DNA from: an uncultured Candidatus Saccharibacteria bacterium
Lineage (GTDB): Bacteria > Patescibacteriota > Dojkabacteria > SC72
Assembly: GCA_964618765.1 (NCBI GenBank)
Contig: CAZUDZ010000001.1
Coordinates: 69,826-133,825 of the forward strand
Length of the DNA: 64,000 bases
Direction: 5' to 3'
Positions 20,031 to 30,274 of the stretch are shown here, in pieces. The position numbers and the translations under genes were made by a program. Below the pieces are notes generated by a model. It ran no database searches. It was not told where the DNA came from and saw only the letters and a list, made by a program, of their open reading frames with translations. Positions within the stretch are counted from its first letter, which is position 1, and every line of letters starts with the position of its first letter.

Positions 20031-20756
20031 ATGAGTAACAAGTATCCTTCATTTACACTGATAGAGATGTTAGTAGTTCTCTCCATATTCATAGTTTTGG
20101 GAGGAATGACATTTTCGTCCTTTGATGGCCTACAGAACACCATAAAGATGAATGAGTATATGTTAAACCTAGAACAGGATATTAGAGGTGTTCAGAGAGC
20201 ATCTATGCTTTTAGAAAGAAACTCTACGGAAAATTGGCTATACGGTTTGGGCATTGATTTCAGCAATATGGATGAGGATGGGGAGTACAAGATTTTTAAA
20301 TGGTGTACTCCGTTTAATGACTATGGAGATATAACTACTACCTCAAAGGTTCCTGCTTTTAACCCTGCTGACAAAACAATTGCTAGTGCTAGTTTGCCAA
20401 TTGTACAGCCAGAGGATGGAATTTGTGGTCCGGAGGTAGTGGACAAGAGGGAGTTAAGAAACCTGTATGGATATGAGAAAAGTGTAACAATGCCAAAGTC
20501 TAGGGTAACTTATGAGGAAAATGGAAATCCAAGTAGAGCGAGATATCTTCTTTTCGAATCTGTATCAGGCAGAGCCTTTTTCTATGACCAAGGAGGAGCT
20601 TTGTTAAATTACCAAATGGTAGATGACAATTTAATAATAATGGAGGCAGATGATATTGAAGACTTTGCCATTAGAATAAATCCATATGGCAAAGGTTCTA
20701 CAAGAACACTTGTAATTAAACATCTCTCAGGAAGAATAGATAGTCAAATAGAATAA
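20031..20756 (+). CDS. Minor pilin (FimT-like)
   Basis: PS|FTLIEML. Confidence 0.85.
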   Translation: MSNKYPSFTLIEMLVVLSIFIVLGGMTFSSFDGLQNTIKMNEYMLNLEQDIRGVQRASMLLERNSTENWLYGLGIDFSNMDEDGEYKIFKWCTPFNDYGDITTTSKVPAFNPADKTIASASLPIVQPEDGICGPEVVDKRELRNLYGYEKSVTMPKSRVTYEENGNPSRARYLLFESVSGRAFFYDQGGALLNYQMVDDNLIIMEADDIEDFAIRINPYGKGSTRTLVIKHLSGRIDSQIE

Positions 20757-21313
20757 TGAACAGAAGATTAAACAAAAAAACATATGAAGCATTAGGGTTT
20801 GTAGAAGCTGTATTAGCAATAATGATAGTTGGAATCTCCTCTGTTGTTTTAATGCAGATAGCAGTAGATACAATCCAAGATGTAATACAAAACGAGGTAA
20901 TAGATGAGATGACACAGTATGCGGTAGAAGGTGCAGAGATGGTACAAGATATTGCTAATAGAAATAAAGTTGAAGATGAGACAATCTTCCCTTTGGAGAT
21001 AGAGTATTTGGCTTATGATAATTGCTTTATATTCAATGAGGCAGACGAAAAAACATATTTTAAAAAGAATCAGGAAGGAGATTTTATAAAATTTGAGAAA
21101 GATCAGAGAGAATTGTACAAAGATGTAGCTATTTTAGATGAAGAAGACTATTTCTTTAGAATAGCTTGCTTAGATACCCCTGGAGGAGGTTACGGTGGTC
21201 AGTCAGCATTTGTTATGTCTGAAATAATCGTTGGACAAAGAAACTCAGATGGGACAATAACCAAAGGAAACCTAGCTAAAGATTATATTTATAGAACAGT
21301 AATAAGATTATGA
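20756..21313 (+). CDS. Minor pilin (PilV-like)
   Basis: EA|LGFVEAVLA pilin-like helix with E5; stop/start coupled to neighbours. Confidence 0.75.
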   Translation: MNRRLNKKTYEALGFVEAVLAIMIVGISSVVLMQIAVDTIQDVIQNEVIDEMTQYAVEGAEMVQDIANRNKVEDETIFPLEIEYLAYDNCFIFNEADEKTYFKKNQEGDFIKFEKDQRELYKDVAILDEEDYFFRIACLDTPGGGYGGQSAFVMSEIIVGQRNSDGTITKGNLAKDYIYRTVIRL

Positions 21314-22017
21314 CAGTAAAAAAACCTCTTAAAAAATATGAAGGATTTAGTCTTGTAGAAATGCTCATAACAATAGCTATCATGGGTGTAGTTATGATAC
21401 TCTCCTCTACCGTATTGACTACCTTAATAAAAGTTTCTACTGTCTCAAGTAATAAAATAAGAGCAAGAAATGAATCAGAATTTGTTCTTGAATTAATAAG
21501 AAGGACGATTAGAAATTCTGACCCTTCTGATGTCTACATATTTAGTTCTCGATCTGTAGAAGGATCTGGGGGAAGAAAATTTGATCCACAACAGCAATCC
21601 ATTGTGAGTGAAGCTCTCGGTGAGATATATACAGAGACCTTGGGAGAGAACGAAAAGGGAAATGAGATACATTTTAGACCGTATGGTTTTAGAGATTGGA
21701 TATGTTTGGGTTTCTTTAACTCTACTGAAGATGAAGAGAAAGGATATATCCTATGGACATCTGCAGAGGATCTTGGTGGCAACCACGAAAGCTGTTTTGC
21801 ATTAAATGGCCCTTACAGTTATGCAATGGTTCTTAATTCTGATTATATTAACATTAAAAATTTTGATATCTCCTACACACAGTCGGCGGATGGTAATTAT
21901 ATAATTAAATTTAAAATACTGTCTGAACCTATCAGCTGGTATCTGAGTCCTGGGGCACCAATCTCTCAAGAGGTAGTTAGAAGTGGGACAGTATCTACAG
22001 GAGGGATAGTTTGGTAA
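21310..22017 (+). CDS. Minor pilin (PilW-like)
   Basis: EG|FSLVEML. Confidence 0.85.
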   Translation: MTVKKPLKKYEGFSLVEMLITIAIMGVVMILSSTVLTTLIKVSTVSSNKIRARNESEFVLELIRRTIRNSDPSDVYIFSSRSVEGSGGRKFDPQQQSIVSEALGEIYTETLGENEKGNEIHFRPYGFRDWICLGFFNSTEDEEKGYILWTSAEDLGGNHESCFALNGPYSYAMVLNSDYINIKNFDISYTQSADGNYIIKFKILSEPISWYLSPGAPISQEVVRSGTVSTGGIVW

Positions 22018-22044
22018 GTATTTTCTGATTTTTAAACAGTAATT

Positions 22045-22428
22045 ATGTCAAAAGATTCTAATGTTGTTCTAATAATTGAAGATGAAAAGGATTATTTGAA
22101 AAAACACAAACAAATGATTCAGGAAGCTGGATACATTCCTATGATTGCGTCAGATGGATACACAGGACTGGAAATTCTGTCTAAAAACATTGGGATTATA
22201 GATCTTGTCCTTTTAGACCTTTTTATGTCAGAAATAGATGGTTTAGAAGTTTTAAAAGCTATTAAAAACAATCCGCACAAGTATGGTCAGCTTCCAGTAA
22301 TAATACTTACCAGTGTTACCATAGAGGGGATAATTAAAGAAGCTTTTGATTATGGAGCATCTAGCTATCTGCTGAAAGACCAAATTGACAAGAAAAGCTT
22401 GATGCAGGAGTTAAGAAAGTATATATAG
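22045..22428 (+). CDS. Single-domain response regulator (CheY-like)
   Basis: LIIEDE, LVLLDLFM, IILTS, YLLK. Confidence 0.9.
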   Translation: MSKDSNVVLIIEDEKDYLKKHKQMIQEAGYIPMIASDGYTGLEILSKNIGIIDLVLLDLFMSEIDGLEVLKAIKNNPHKYGQLPVIILTSVTIEGIIKEAFDYGASSYLLKDQIDKKSLMQELRKYI

Positions 22429-22513
22429 TAAATTTTCTTTCTAAAATGTTTAAAACCTTTCCCCTTTCTGCTATATTATATACTAAGTGTATTAATTTAA
22501 ATCTGCTCAGAAT

Positions 22514-23545
22514 ATGGCTAAATTGCCAGATCATGTAGGCATAGACTTCGGAACTCACTCTGTGAAGGCTGTAGAGCTAGCTAAGGTATCAACAGACAAC
22601 CCTGTGTTGGTTAACCTAGGCTCTCAACTTACTCCTAAAGGAGTGATCAATAGTGAAGATGAAAATGATCAGAAAAAATTAGCAGAAGTACTAAAAAAAC
22701 TCTATTCTTCTTCTGGGATCAAGAACAAGAAAGTTGTAATGGCTCTCCCAGAGTTCTCTGTATTCACTAGGTTTTTAGAGTTTCCTGGAGTTAAGCAAGA
22801 AGAATTAAGAGATGCTGTTTACTTTGAAGCTAAACAGTATATCCCCATGCCTTTAAATGAAGTTCAATTAAGCTATGTCCCTATCGGTTTTAATACAGAG
22901 AAGAATGCTCCAAGAGTTTTAGTTGTTGCAGCCCCCATAAAGATCATAGATATATATATTAAAATCGCAATGAAAGCAGGATTGGAGTTGGTCGCAATAG
23001 AAACAGAATCTGTAGCGATGGGCAGAACAATGTACAAGTCAGCAGGGAAGAAAAATCTTGTGATATTAGATTTCGGAGCAAACAGTACAGATATGAGCAT
23101 CCTCTCAGAGGGATATTTAGTCTTCTCCCAAAGTATTGCAATTGGATCAGACTCCTTAACTCAAGCCATAATAAATAAGTTTAACTTCCAGTATCAAAGA
23201 GCAGAGGAGTTTAAGAGAAACTATGGTGTATCCGAAGGAGTTTTAGAGAATAAAATACATAATGTCCTATCCCCCATCATAGAATCCATAATGGTAGAAG
23301 TAAGGAGAGGTGTAGAATTTTACAAGAACAAAACCCTCTCTGTTTCCCCAACTGATTATCTTTTAAATGGAGATGGAGCCTTACTACCTGGATTAGCAGA
23401 GTATGTCTCTAAGAGTCTAGGAGTTACTGCTACTGTAGCTAATCCTTGGAACAATATTAGGGTTGATAATAAATTTAAAGACATTATTGCAAAAAGTGGT
23501 CCCTCCTACTCTGTTGCAATAGGTTTAGCATTAAAAGATGAATAG
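22514..23545 (+). CDS. pilM: Type IV pilus assembly protein PilM
   Basis: GIDFGTHSVKAVEL, ILDFGA, AIGLAL actin-like motifs. Confidence 0.92.
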   Translation: MAKLPDHVGIDFGTHSVKAVELAKVSTDNPVLVNLGSQLTPKGVINSEDENDQKKLAEVLKKLYSSSGIKNKKVVMALPEFSVFTRFLEFPGVKQEELRDAVYFEAKQYIPMPLNEVQLSYVPIGFNTEKNAPRVLVVAAPIKIIDIYIKIAMKAGLELVAIETESVAMGRTMYKSAGKKNLVILDFGANSTDMSILSEGYLVFSQSIAIGSDSLTQAIINKFNFQYQRAEEFKRNYGVSEGVLENKIHNVLSPIIESIMVEVRRGVEFYKNKTLSVSPTDYLLNGDGALLPGLAEYVSKSLGVTATVANPWNNIRVDNKFKDIIAKSGPSYSVAIGLALKDE

Positions 23546-24305
23546 TAAAAAGGAAGATAGAGCAAAAAATGAAAGTATTGCTAAAGAAATAAGAGAGATG
23601 CAAAAAGAGATATCTCCAACTGCGTTAGAAGCTACCAGAAATGAACCTTCCAAGGAGAAGGAAAAAGCTCATACCAAAGAGGAGAAAAAGACTTCCGAGA
23701 AAGTAAGTATAGCTCCCAAAACAGTAGTAGAAGGTGCTGGGATTAACCTTATCCCATCCATGACCGAAGATGAGATAGAGAAGGAAGAAAAGAAAAAGAA
23801 AGTTAGTTTAAGTTCTTTAATAAGTTTGTCACTTCTCTTTTCAATTTCAATCTTAGTAATAGGTTTTAATATAATCTCTAAGATACAACTAAATACGCAG
23901 AAGGAAAAAATTAGCGAAAAGGAGAGAGTTATCAAAGAGTACTCTCAGCTTATATCAGGAAACACGGAAATTTTAGAGAGAATATTTCTTTACAAAGACA
24001 TACAGGATGGAAGATTTTCCTCTAAGTTAGTTATAGATTATATCCAGGGGTTGCTATCTAAAAGTGGAGGTAGTGACATAAGAGACTTTTCTTTCTCTGG
24101 TAATAAATCCTTCGAATTTAGTGGGAATAGTCAAGGTTTGGAAGATGTAGCAAAATTATGGTATCTACTCTCTCATGACTCTAAAATAGAAGGCGTTGAG
24201 TTAAGATCATTTTCTAAAACTAATGATGGAGCAACCTACTCTTTCTCAGGAGACTTGAAAGTAGAAGAGTTCTCATCTTCACCTTTAAATAGTGTTAATC
24301 AGTAA
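23538..24305 (+). CDS. pilN: PilN-like protein
   Basis: INLIP motif, TM and coiled coil; follows pilM. Confidence 0.75.
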   Translation: MNSKKEDRAKNESIAKEIREMQKEISPTALEATRNEPSKEKEKAHTKEEKKTSEKVSIAPKTVVEGAGINLIPSMTEDEIEKEEKKKKVSLSSLISLSLLFSISILVIGFNIISKIQLNTQKEKISEKERVIKEYSQLISGNTEILERIFLYKDIQDGRFSSKLVIDYIQGLLSKSGGSDIRDFSFSGNKSFEFSGNSQGLEDVAKLWYLLSHDSKIEGVELRSFSKTNDGATYSFSGDLKVEEFSSSPLNSVNQ

Positions 24306-24316
24306 AGGAGTTAAAT

Positions 24317-25045
24317 ATGGCGGATAAAGATACAACACAGAGCAAAACAAGAAAAGAGATAGAATCTATAAGTGAGAGGATTAAAGCATCTAGGCTGAAT
24401 ATCAAGGACTTGGTAATCCCATTCTCGGTGGTAGTGATTCTTATTCTTTTGGCAGTTTCCCTCTTTGTACCTATGGTAAAAACAGCAATATCTTCCAGAA
24501 GTGAGTATAAGGAGTTAAAGGAGAAGGAAGAAAGTTTAAGTAAGCTTGAAAGCCAACTTAAAAATATTGATCAAGCTACCTTTCAGGTTGATTTGATTAC
24601 ATCTAAGGAGGTAATCCCCCACTCTTTAAGGGTTTCCGCTTTTATGTTCTACATAGAAAGTTTAGCTAGTGAGAAAAACCTGTATTCAAAATCACTGTCC
24701 GCAGGTGATACTCAGGTATCTGTTGTTAAGAAAGAGGAAGGAGAGAATGAGAATGAGAGAAGAATCTACTATGGAGTTAGCAGTCCTTTAAATTACGAAG
24801 GAAGTTTGTCTGATATATTGAGTTTTCTAGATAATCTGTACGATGCTTCTCCATATGTAATTTCAGCACAAGGAGTTTCGTTGCGTGAAATAGGAGATGC
24901 TTGGAGAGTTTCCCTGAATGTTACAGGATACTATGTTCCTGAACCCACATTAGATAAGGATATAGATACTTCTTTTGAAAGCTATCAAGAGCACCAAGAT
25001 ATTGTTGATATATTTAACCAAAAAGCAGCACAGTTGCAGCATTAG
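24317..25045 (+). CDS. pilO: PilO-like protein
   Basis: TM, coiled coil and GSLSDILSFLDNL motif; follows pilN. Confidence 0.72.
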   Translation: MADKDTTQSKTRKEIESISERIKASRLNIKDLVIPFSVVVILILLAVSLFVPMVKTAISSRSEYKELKEKEESLSKLESQLKNIDQATFQVDLITSKEVIPHSLRVSAFMFYIESLASEKNLYSKSLSAGDTQVSVVKKEEGENENERRIYYGVSSPLNYEGSLSDILSFLDNLYDASPYVISAQGVSLREIGDAWRVSLNVTGYYVPEPTLDKDIDTSFESYQEHQDIVDIFNQKAAQLQH

Positions 25046-25374
25046 AATCCTTCATCAACGAGCATATCCTCACTCGTATCTTCAGTACTTGTTTCCTGAG
25101 TTTCTTCTGGCTTGTTTCTCTCGTCATCCTTGATTAAGACTTTAACTCTTCGATCATTTCTAATAGCATTTATGGTGACTAAATCACGAATTGCATTCAC
25201 AGTTCTACCTCTTCTACCGATTACAATACCCTTATCTTCTTCTGCGACATCTATTGTAAGAATAGTAAGACCAGGAAAGTCTACACTTTCCCTCTCCTCT
25301 ACGCTTACTGCTTCGGGATTATTAACGATTGCCTTGACAATATGTTCTAAAAGTTCTTTCATCTTTTTATCCAA
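25042..25374 (-). CDS. khpA: KH-domain RNA-binding protein
   Basis: DKGIVIGRRGRTVNAIR; downstream of rpsP. Confidence 0.88.
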   Translation of the reverse strand: MDKKMKELLEHIVKAIVNNPEAVSVEERESVDFPGLTILTIDVAEEDKGIVIGRRGRTVNAIRDLVTINAIRNDRRVKVLIKDDERNKPEETQETSTEDTSEDMLVDEGF

Positions 25375-25397
25375 ATATATTTTATTAAAATATTATA

Positions 25398-25700
25398 CTA
25401 CTCTTTACTCTCTTTTGTCTTCTTTTCTGTGTTAGGTTTTGTAGAACCTCTTTTTAGACCTTTAAGTAAGCCTTCTTTCACAAAGTATTGGGCTACAGTA
25501 TCTGTAGGTTGTGCTCCTTTGGATAACCAGTACTCTGCTCTCTCTCTCTGTACTTCAAAGGTAGTAGGCTTATTCCTAGGATTATAGTAGCCTATCTCTT
25601 CGATAGTTCTACCATCTCTAGGCTTACTAGCTTCACAAATTACTATCCTGTAATGAGGTTGTCCTCGTTTTCCTGTTCTTTTTAATCTTATTTTTAACAT
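25398..25700 (-). CDS. rpsP: 30S ribosomal protein S16
   Basis: MLKIRLKRTG...YRIV...PRDGR...GAQPTDTV. Confidence 0.97.
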   Translation of the reverse strand: MLKIRLKRTGKRGQPHYRIVICEASKPRDGRTIEEIGYYNPRNKPTTFEVQRERAEYWLSKGAQPTDTVAQYFVKEGLLKGLKRGSTKPNTEKKTKESKE

Positions 25701-25742
25701 AGCGTTGAATTCTATCAGATCAAGTACCCTAATTCAAGAATA

Positions 25743-26432
25743 CTATTTTTCTTCTAACTTATCTATTGCTTTTTGAGCTGCCTCTTCCTCAGCTTTCTGT
25801 TTACTTAGTCCAGAGCCTAAAGCGAAATCTTTCCCTGCAACCTTTAATGCTACAGTAAATGACTTGTCATGATCTGGTCCAATCTCTTTTAGTACTCCGT
25901 AGGTGGGAGTAACTTTAAACTTGGCCTGTACTAATTCTTGGATCTTAGTCTTAGGATCTATAAATAGCTCCTGACTCATAACTCTAGGCAGTTTCTTGAA
26001 AGCTGTCTTTTTGACAAACTTCTCGCACTCCTCGAAGCCTTGGTCTACATATATTGCTCCTAGTAGAGCTTCATACGTATTGGCCAGTATGAAATCTTTA
26101 TCTTTGCCTCCTGAATCCTCCTCTCCTTTAGACATCAATATGTGTTTGCCGATATCCAGTCTTCTGGACTCCTCAGCAAGACTTTCAGTTCTTACTATCG
26201 CTGACCTTATTGCTGTTAATTCGCCTTCACTTTTCTCAGGATATTTCTTAAAAAGTTCTGAGGAAATTATCAGTTCTAACACAGCATCCCCAAGGAATTC
26301 TAATCTCTCATTATTTTCTAAATCTTCCTCCCTGTTTTCATTGAGATAGGATCTGTGGGTCAAAGATTTTTTTAGTAAAGTATCATCTTTAAATATTATT
26401 CCTAACTTTTTTTCAATTTCTTTTTTATTCAT
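25743..26432 (-). CDS. rnc: Ribonuclease III
   Basis: [12 protein letters not shown] plus dsRBD; start chosen at the ATG overlapping the nusB end. Confidence 0.96.
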   Translation of the reverse strand: MNKKEIEKKLGIIFKDDTLLKKSLTHRSYLNENREEDLENNERLEFLGDAVLELIISSELFKKYPEKSEGELTAIRSAIVRTESLAEESRRLDIGKHILMSKGEEDSGGKDKDFILANTYEALLGAIYVDQGFEECEKFVKKTAFKKLPRVMSQELFIDPKTKIQELVQAKFKVTPTYGVLKEIGPDHDKSFTVALKVAGKDFALGSGLSKQKAEEEAAQKAIDKLEEK

Positions 26433-26865
26433 CTTTCTCTTTTTTTGTTTCTTCATAGATTGCTCCTAAAACTCCGTTTATAAATTTACTACTAACCTCT
26501 CCTCCAAAATCTTTTGCTACTTCGATTGCTTCGTCTATAGCGACTTTTGGGGGAGTAATTTTCGCTATAAAACCCTCATATATTGCAATTCTAAGTATCT
26601 GCAAATCAACTAATTTCATTTGTTCTATCGGCCATTGAGGGGCGTGTTCTACAATTATTTGATTAATTTGGTCCCTATTTTCTACTACTCCTTTTAAAAG
26701 CTCTCCATATAGCTTTTTGTCATACTCTGTCATTTCGTTTATCCCCAAAAGCTCTTCAACAGAAATTTCTTCTGTCACTGCATCTTGTGCTCGAAAGAAT
26801 TTAGAAAAAAGCTCTTGAAGTGCAAGTATTCTTGCTTGGTGTCTTGGGTCTGTTGACCTTTTCAT
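26425..26865 (-). CDS. nusB: Transcription antitermination factor NusB
   Basis: [27 protein letters not shown]. Confidence 0.95.
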   Translation of the reverse strand: MKRSTDPRHQARILALQELFSKFFRAQDAVTEEISVEELLGINEMTEYDKKLYGELLKGVVENRDQINQIIVEHAPQWPIEQMKLVDLQILRIAIYEGFIAKITPPKVAIDEAIEVAKDFGGEVSSKFINGVLGAIYEETKKEKDE

Positions 26866-26875
26866 AGTACTCTAT

Positions 26876-27040
26876 TTATTTAGATTTTTTGTAGTATCCA
26901 CAATATTGGCACTCAAAGTGGCTCCTTATAACACTACCACATTTGGGACATTTTGTAATAGGTTTTACCTCTAAAGCATTGTGTGCTCTTCTTCTATTCT
27001 TTCTTCCTTTTGATATTCTTCTTTTTGGTAGTGCTCCCAT
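26876..27040 (-). CDS. rpmF: 50S ribosomal protein L32 (Zn-ribbon type)
   Basis: Manual translation, below the ORF cutoff: MGALPKRRISKGRKNRRRAHNAL...CPKCG...HFECQYCGYY. Confidence 0.95.
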   Translation of the reverse strand: MGALPKRRISKGRKNRRRAHNALEVKPITKCPKCGSVIRSHFECQYCGYYKKSK

Positions 27041-27097
27041 TTCTTGTACTTTTAATATGTTATAGCTTGGCCATTATATCATATTTTAAATTTCTTG

Positions 27098-29815
27098 CTA
27101 TACTATCCAACTTTCCTTTATTTCGACTTCATCTCCTGCTTTTATCTTCTGCTCAATCATTCCTTTCGCAAGTTGTCCCTCTATTCTGTCTTGAATATAT
27201 CTTCTCATAGGTCTTGCCCCAAGTGCTGGTTCATTCGACTTGTTTGCTATCAACATAGGTATTTGTTCTGACCATTTAATGTTGATATTTTTCTTCCCAA
27301 GTCTTTTAGCTAGTTCATTAAGAAGTAAAGTGGCTATCTTTGTTAGATTATGTAAATCATGAGGTTGGAATACGATAATTTGGTCATATCTGTTAATTAA
27401 TTCAGGTCTTAAGGATTGTCTTACTTCAAGAAGAACCCTTTCCCTAGCCTCACTCCAGAGTGCATGGTCTTTACCTAGAGATTCGAGTAGCATCCTACTT
27501 CCGATATTACTCGTACAAACAATTATTGTATGTGTGAAATCAATGGTTTCCCCCTGTGCACTGGTTAGTCTCCCCTCATCAAAAATTTGCAAGAAGAGAT
27601 CTAATATGTTTGGGTGTGCTTTTTCTATCTCATCAAAGAGAACGACTGTGTATGGGTTTTGCTTCACCTTGTCTACAAGACTAATGGATGTTTGACCGAA
27701 GGCAGTGTCAGAAGAGGATCCTAAGAACTTCTGAATGCTTTGAACCTCTTGATACTCTGACATATCTACTCTTACGATAGTCTCTTCCTTCCCGAAATAT
27801 TCCTCCCCTACTATCTTTGCTAAGTGAGTCTTTCCTACTCCCGTTGGCCCCACAAAGAGGAATACTCCAATTGGCTTGTTTGCATCCCGAACATCTGTTC
27901 TTGCTCGTCTAAGTGATTCAGTTAATGCAACTACTGCCTCATTCTGCCCTATTACCCTATTTTTAATGTTCTCTTCTAACTTAATTAGTTTGTTGCTTTC
28001 TTCCTGATCTATTGCTCCAACACTAATATTTGTTTTAATGGAAATAGTTTTAGAAACATGCTCTGCAGTAATCTTTTTGATATCGTTTGATTGAGCCCAA
28101 GCACAAGTTGCCTCAATTGTCTCTACAGCGCTACTGGGGAGTTTTCTTTCTGTAATATATCTTTGAGAGAATTCTACAGAAGCAAACAGGGCCGGGAAAG
28201 TAATGAAGCATTGAAAACTCTTTTCTAATGAAGGGATTTTACTTTCTAATATGGTTAATGTGTCCTTTGGCCCAACTTCTTTTACTTCAATATTTGTAAA
28301 GCTTTGTCGAAGGGACTCATTGCTGTAAAAGTACTTCTTGTAATCAACATAGTTTGTTGTCCCTATTATGGGAAATTTACTATCTAGAATAAATGGCAGG
28401 AGCATTCCGGCAATTGAGAAGCCTACTCCCTCTGTCTGTCTTGGGATAATCTCTTGTATTTCATCAATATACAGGATTGTATTGCCTGCTTTTTCTAGTT
28501 CAGTGAATGCCCTTATTATTAATTCCTCTAAGTTATTCTCTTTCTTTGATTGGGCAATTAAGTTGTTAATATCCAATTGTATTATGCGCTTCTCTTTTAG
28601 TTGGATTGGTACATTCCCGGAATTTATTCTCTGAGCTAATCCTAGAATTAGACTAGATTTTCCTACACCAGGCTCTCCTATGAACAGGGCATTCTTGTTA
28701 GAAAGTTTTCCTAAAGTAGCAACCAGAAACTCTATCTCTTCATCATGTCCTATGCCAAATATATCTTGGGAAAGTGCAACTTTCTTGTTAATATCTATAC
28801 TGAAGTGACTAAGTATGAATGTGTATCCATAAATCCATTCTTTAGCTACTCCTCCCTTCCTGTAGTACGGTATGTCGGGATTAAGGTATTTATTTCTTGT
28901 TCTTTTATTGATATTTTCATTATTGTACGCGACTATCTCTCTTAAGATATGTATGTCTATTTGGTTTTTCCTCAGGTATTTCTCTACTACGGGGAAGATT
29001 TTGCTAATAGCGAGAAAGAGATGCTGAGGTTCTATCCCTTTGCTATTAGTTAGAAGAGCTTCTTGCATTGCATAAGTTAACAAACTTCTTAAAGCAGTCA
29101 CTGGATAACTAGGAATATTTTTTTCATCTACACCTTTCTTTTCTAATTCTTCAACACTGATTTCAACTCCAGATCTACGAATGATTTGTCCTACTTCAAA
29201 ATTAGAAGAGATCAGCTCCTTGTACAGAAGAAGAGTTTGAATGTTCTCTTCTTTTGTGAATTGACATAGAAGCTCTAGAGTTTCCTCTGTCGCAAAGTTT
29301 ATAGTTTCAAGATGGGCATATCTGCCAAATTTAAATCCACTTCCCTTTATCTCATCAATATCTCTTTGTGGGATATCCTTAATTTTGGGAAGCTTAATCG
29401 GGTGACTTTTGTCCTCATAGAAGTCATGCCAAAGGGTAATTACACTGAGTACTGAGATTCCAAAAAGGGCATTGACCCAAGGAGATTCGAGAAAAGAGAG
29501 AATTTTAGGGAAAGGGTTAAGTAGAGTTGTATACTTTAATACAAGGGCAAGGGCTATGATTAAGCCTGGGATTAGCAGGATATTAGCAATGGTCCTTTTT
29601 ATGTCATTAAACTTTTTGTATCTAAGGAAGTTTTTAAGAATAGCCTCGATCTGAGGTGTGGATATGGAGAAGAAATGATCTCTTGTTAATGCGAAAATCG
29701 AGGTTTCCTCATCTTCAAATATTGGGAATTTACCATCAATTATGCCGAATTTCTCATTATCTTTCCTGTGGTACCCAGTTAAAACTCTTTTTTCTGTGTC
29801 GAAATCTAAAGCCAT
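27098..29815 (-). CDS. Membrane-anchored Clp/Hsp100 double AAA+ ATPase
   Basis: Two N-terminal TM helices; GEPGVGKS/ILYIDE and GPTGVGKT/VVLFDEIEKAH, GARPMRR. Confidence 0.88.
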   Translation of the reverse strand: MALDFDTEKRVLTGYHRKDNEKFGIIDGKFPIFEDEETSIFALTRDHFFSISTPQIEAILKNFLRYKKFNDIKRTIANILLIPGLIIALALVLKYTTLLNPFPKILSFLESPWVNALFGISVLSVITLWHDFYEDKSHPIKLPKIKDIPQRDIDEIKGSGFKFGRYAHLETINFATEETLELLCQFTKEENIQTLLLYKELISSNFEVGQIIRRSGVEISVEELEKKGVDEKNIPSYPVTALRSLLTYAMQEALLTNSKGIEPQHLFLAISKIFPVVEKYLRKNQIDIHILREIVAYNNENINKRTRNKYLNPDIPYYRKGGVAKEWIYGYTFILSHFSIDINKKVALSQDIFGIGHDEEIEFLVATLGKLSNKNALFIGEPGVGKSSLILGLAQRINSGNVPIQLKEKRIIQLDINNLIAQSKKENNLEELIIRAFTELEKAGNTILYIDEIQEIIPRQTEGVGFSIAGMLLPFILDSKFPIIGTTNYVDYKKYFYSNESLRQSFTNIEVKEVGPKDTLTILESKIPSLEKSFQCFITFPALFASVEFSQRYITERKLPSSAVETIEATCAWAQSNDIKKITAEHVSKTISIKTNISVGAIDQEESNKLIKLEENIKNRVIGQNEAVVALTESLRRARTDVRDANKPIGVFLFVGPTGVGKTHLAKIVGEEYFGKEETIVRVDMSEYQEVQSIQKFLGSSSDTAFGQTSISLVDKVKQNPYTVVLFDEIEKAHPNILDLFLQIFDEGRLTSAQGETIDFTHTIIVCTSNIGSRMLLESLGKDHALWSEARERVLLEVRQSLRPELINRYDQIIVFQPHDLHNLTKIATLLLNELAKRLGKKNINIKWSEQIPMLIANKSNEPALGARPMRRYIQDRIEGQLAKGMIEQKIKAGDEVEIKESWIV

Positions 29816-29818
29816 ATT

Positions 29819-30217
29819 CTAGATAAAAGATATTATTATAAAAACAAATGCCCCAATGGGTAACAGTAGCCAGAAGAGGTAGATTAAGAAGTAGAAGATC
29901 ATGCATACTAGGTAAATGGAGATTGCTATTGGTAAATAGATGATTTTCATTAATATTCCGAACACATAGCCAATTAAAGAGTAATCTCTGTGCCAAGGCA
30001 AGAAGAAATGTTTAAACAGAAGGGAGATACTAAATTGGTCGTCTATTACAACACTCAGACGGGCGAATCTTCTTAAATGCCATGCTGACATCTTAATATA
30101 CCACCATCTCAAAAAATCTTGGAATGTGAAGAAAAAGATGCTCATATATGAGTCAATTTTGATTTCGTTTAGTAATTGTTGGCCCGAACTATCTACGAGC
30201 GTATTTCGTGCTTCCAT
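29819..30217 (-). CDS. Small membrane protein co-operonic with Clp ATPase
   Basis: FLRWWY...HFFLPWHRD plus TM helices; 3-bp gap to the ATPase. Confidence 0.75.
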   Translation of the reverse strand: MEARNTLVDSSGQQLLNEIKIDSYMSIFFFTFQDFLRWWYIKMSAWHLRRFARLSVVIDDQFSISLLFKHFFLPWHRDYSLIGYVFGILMKIIYLPIAISIYLVCMIFYFLIYLFWLLLPIGAFVFIIISFI

Positions 30218-30274
30218 TTTGGGCAGATTTTAATCTGTTGCTTAAGTTTATTTTAAACAACAACATATGTAAAG

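Noticed and set aside
13757-25045. Type II secretion system
   Set aside because: PilT and PilMNO are present and no secretin is in the cluster, which fits a type IV pilus.
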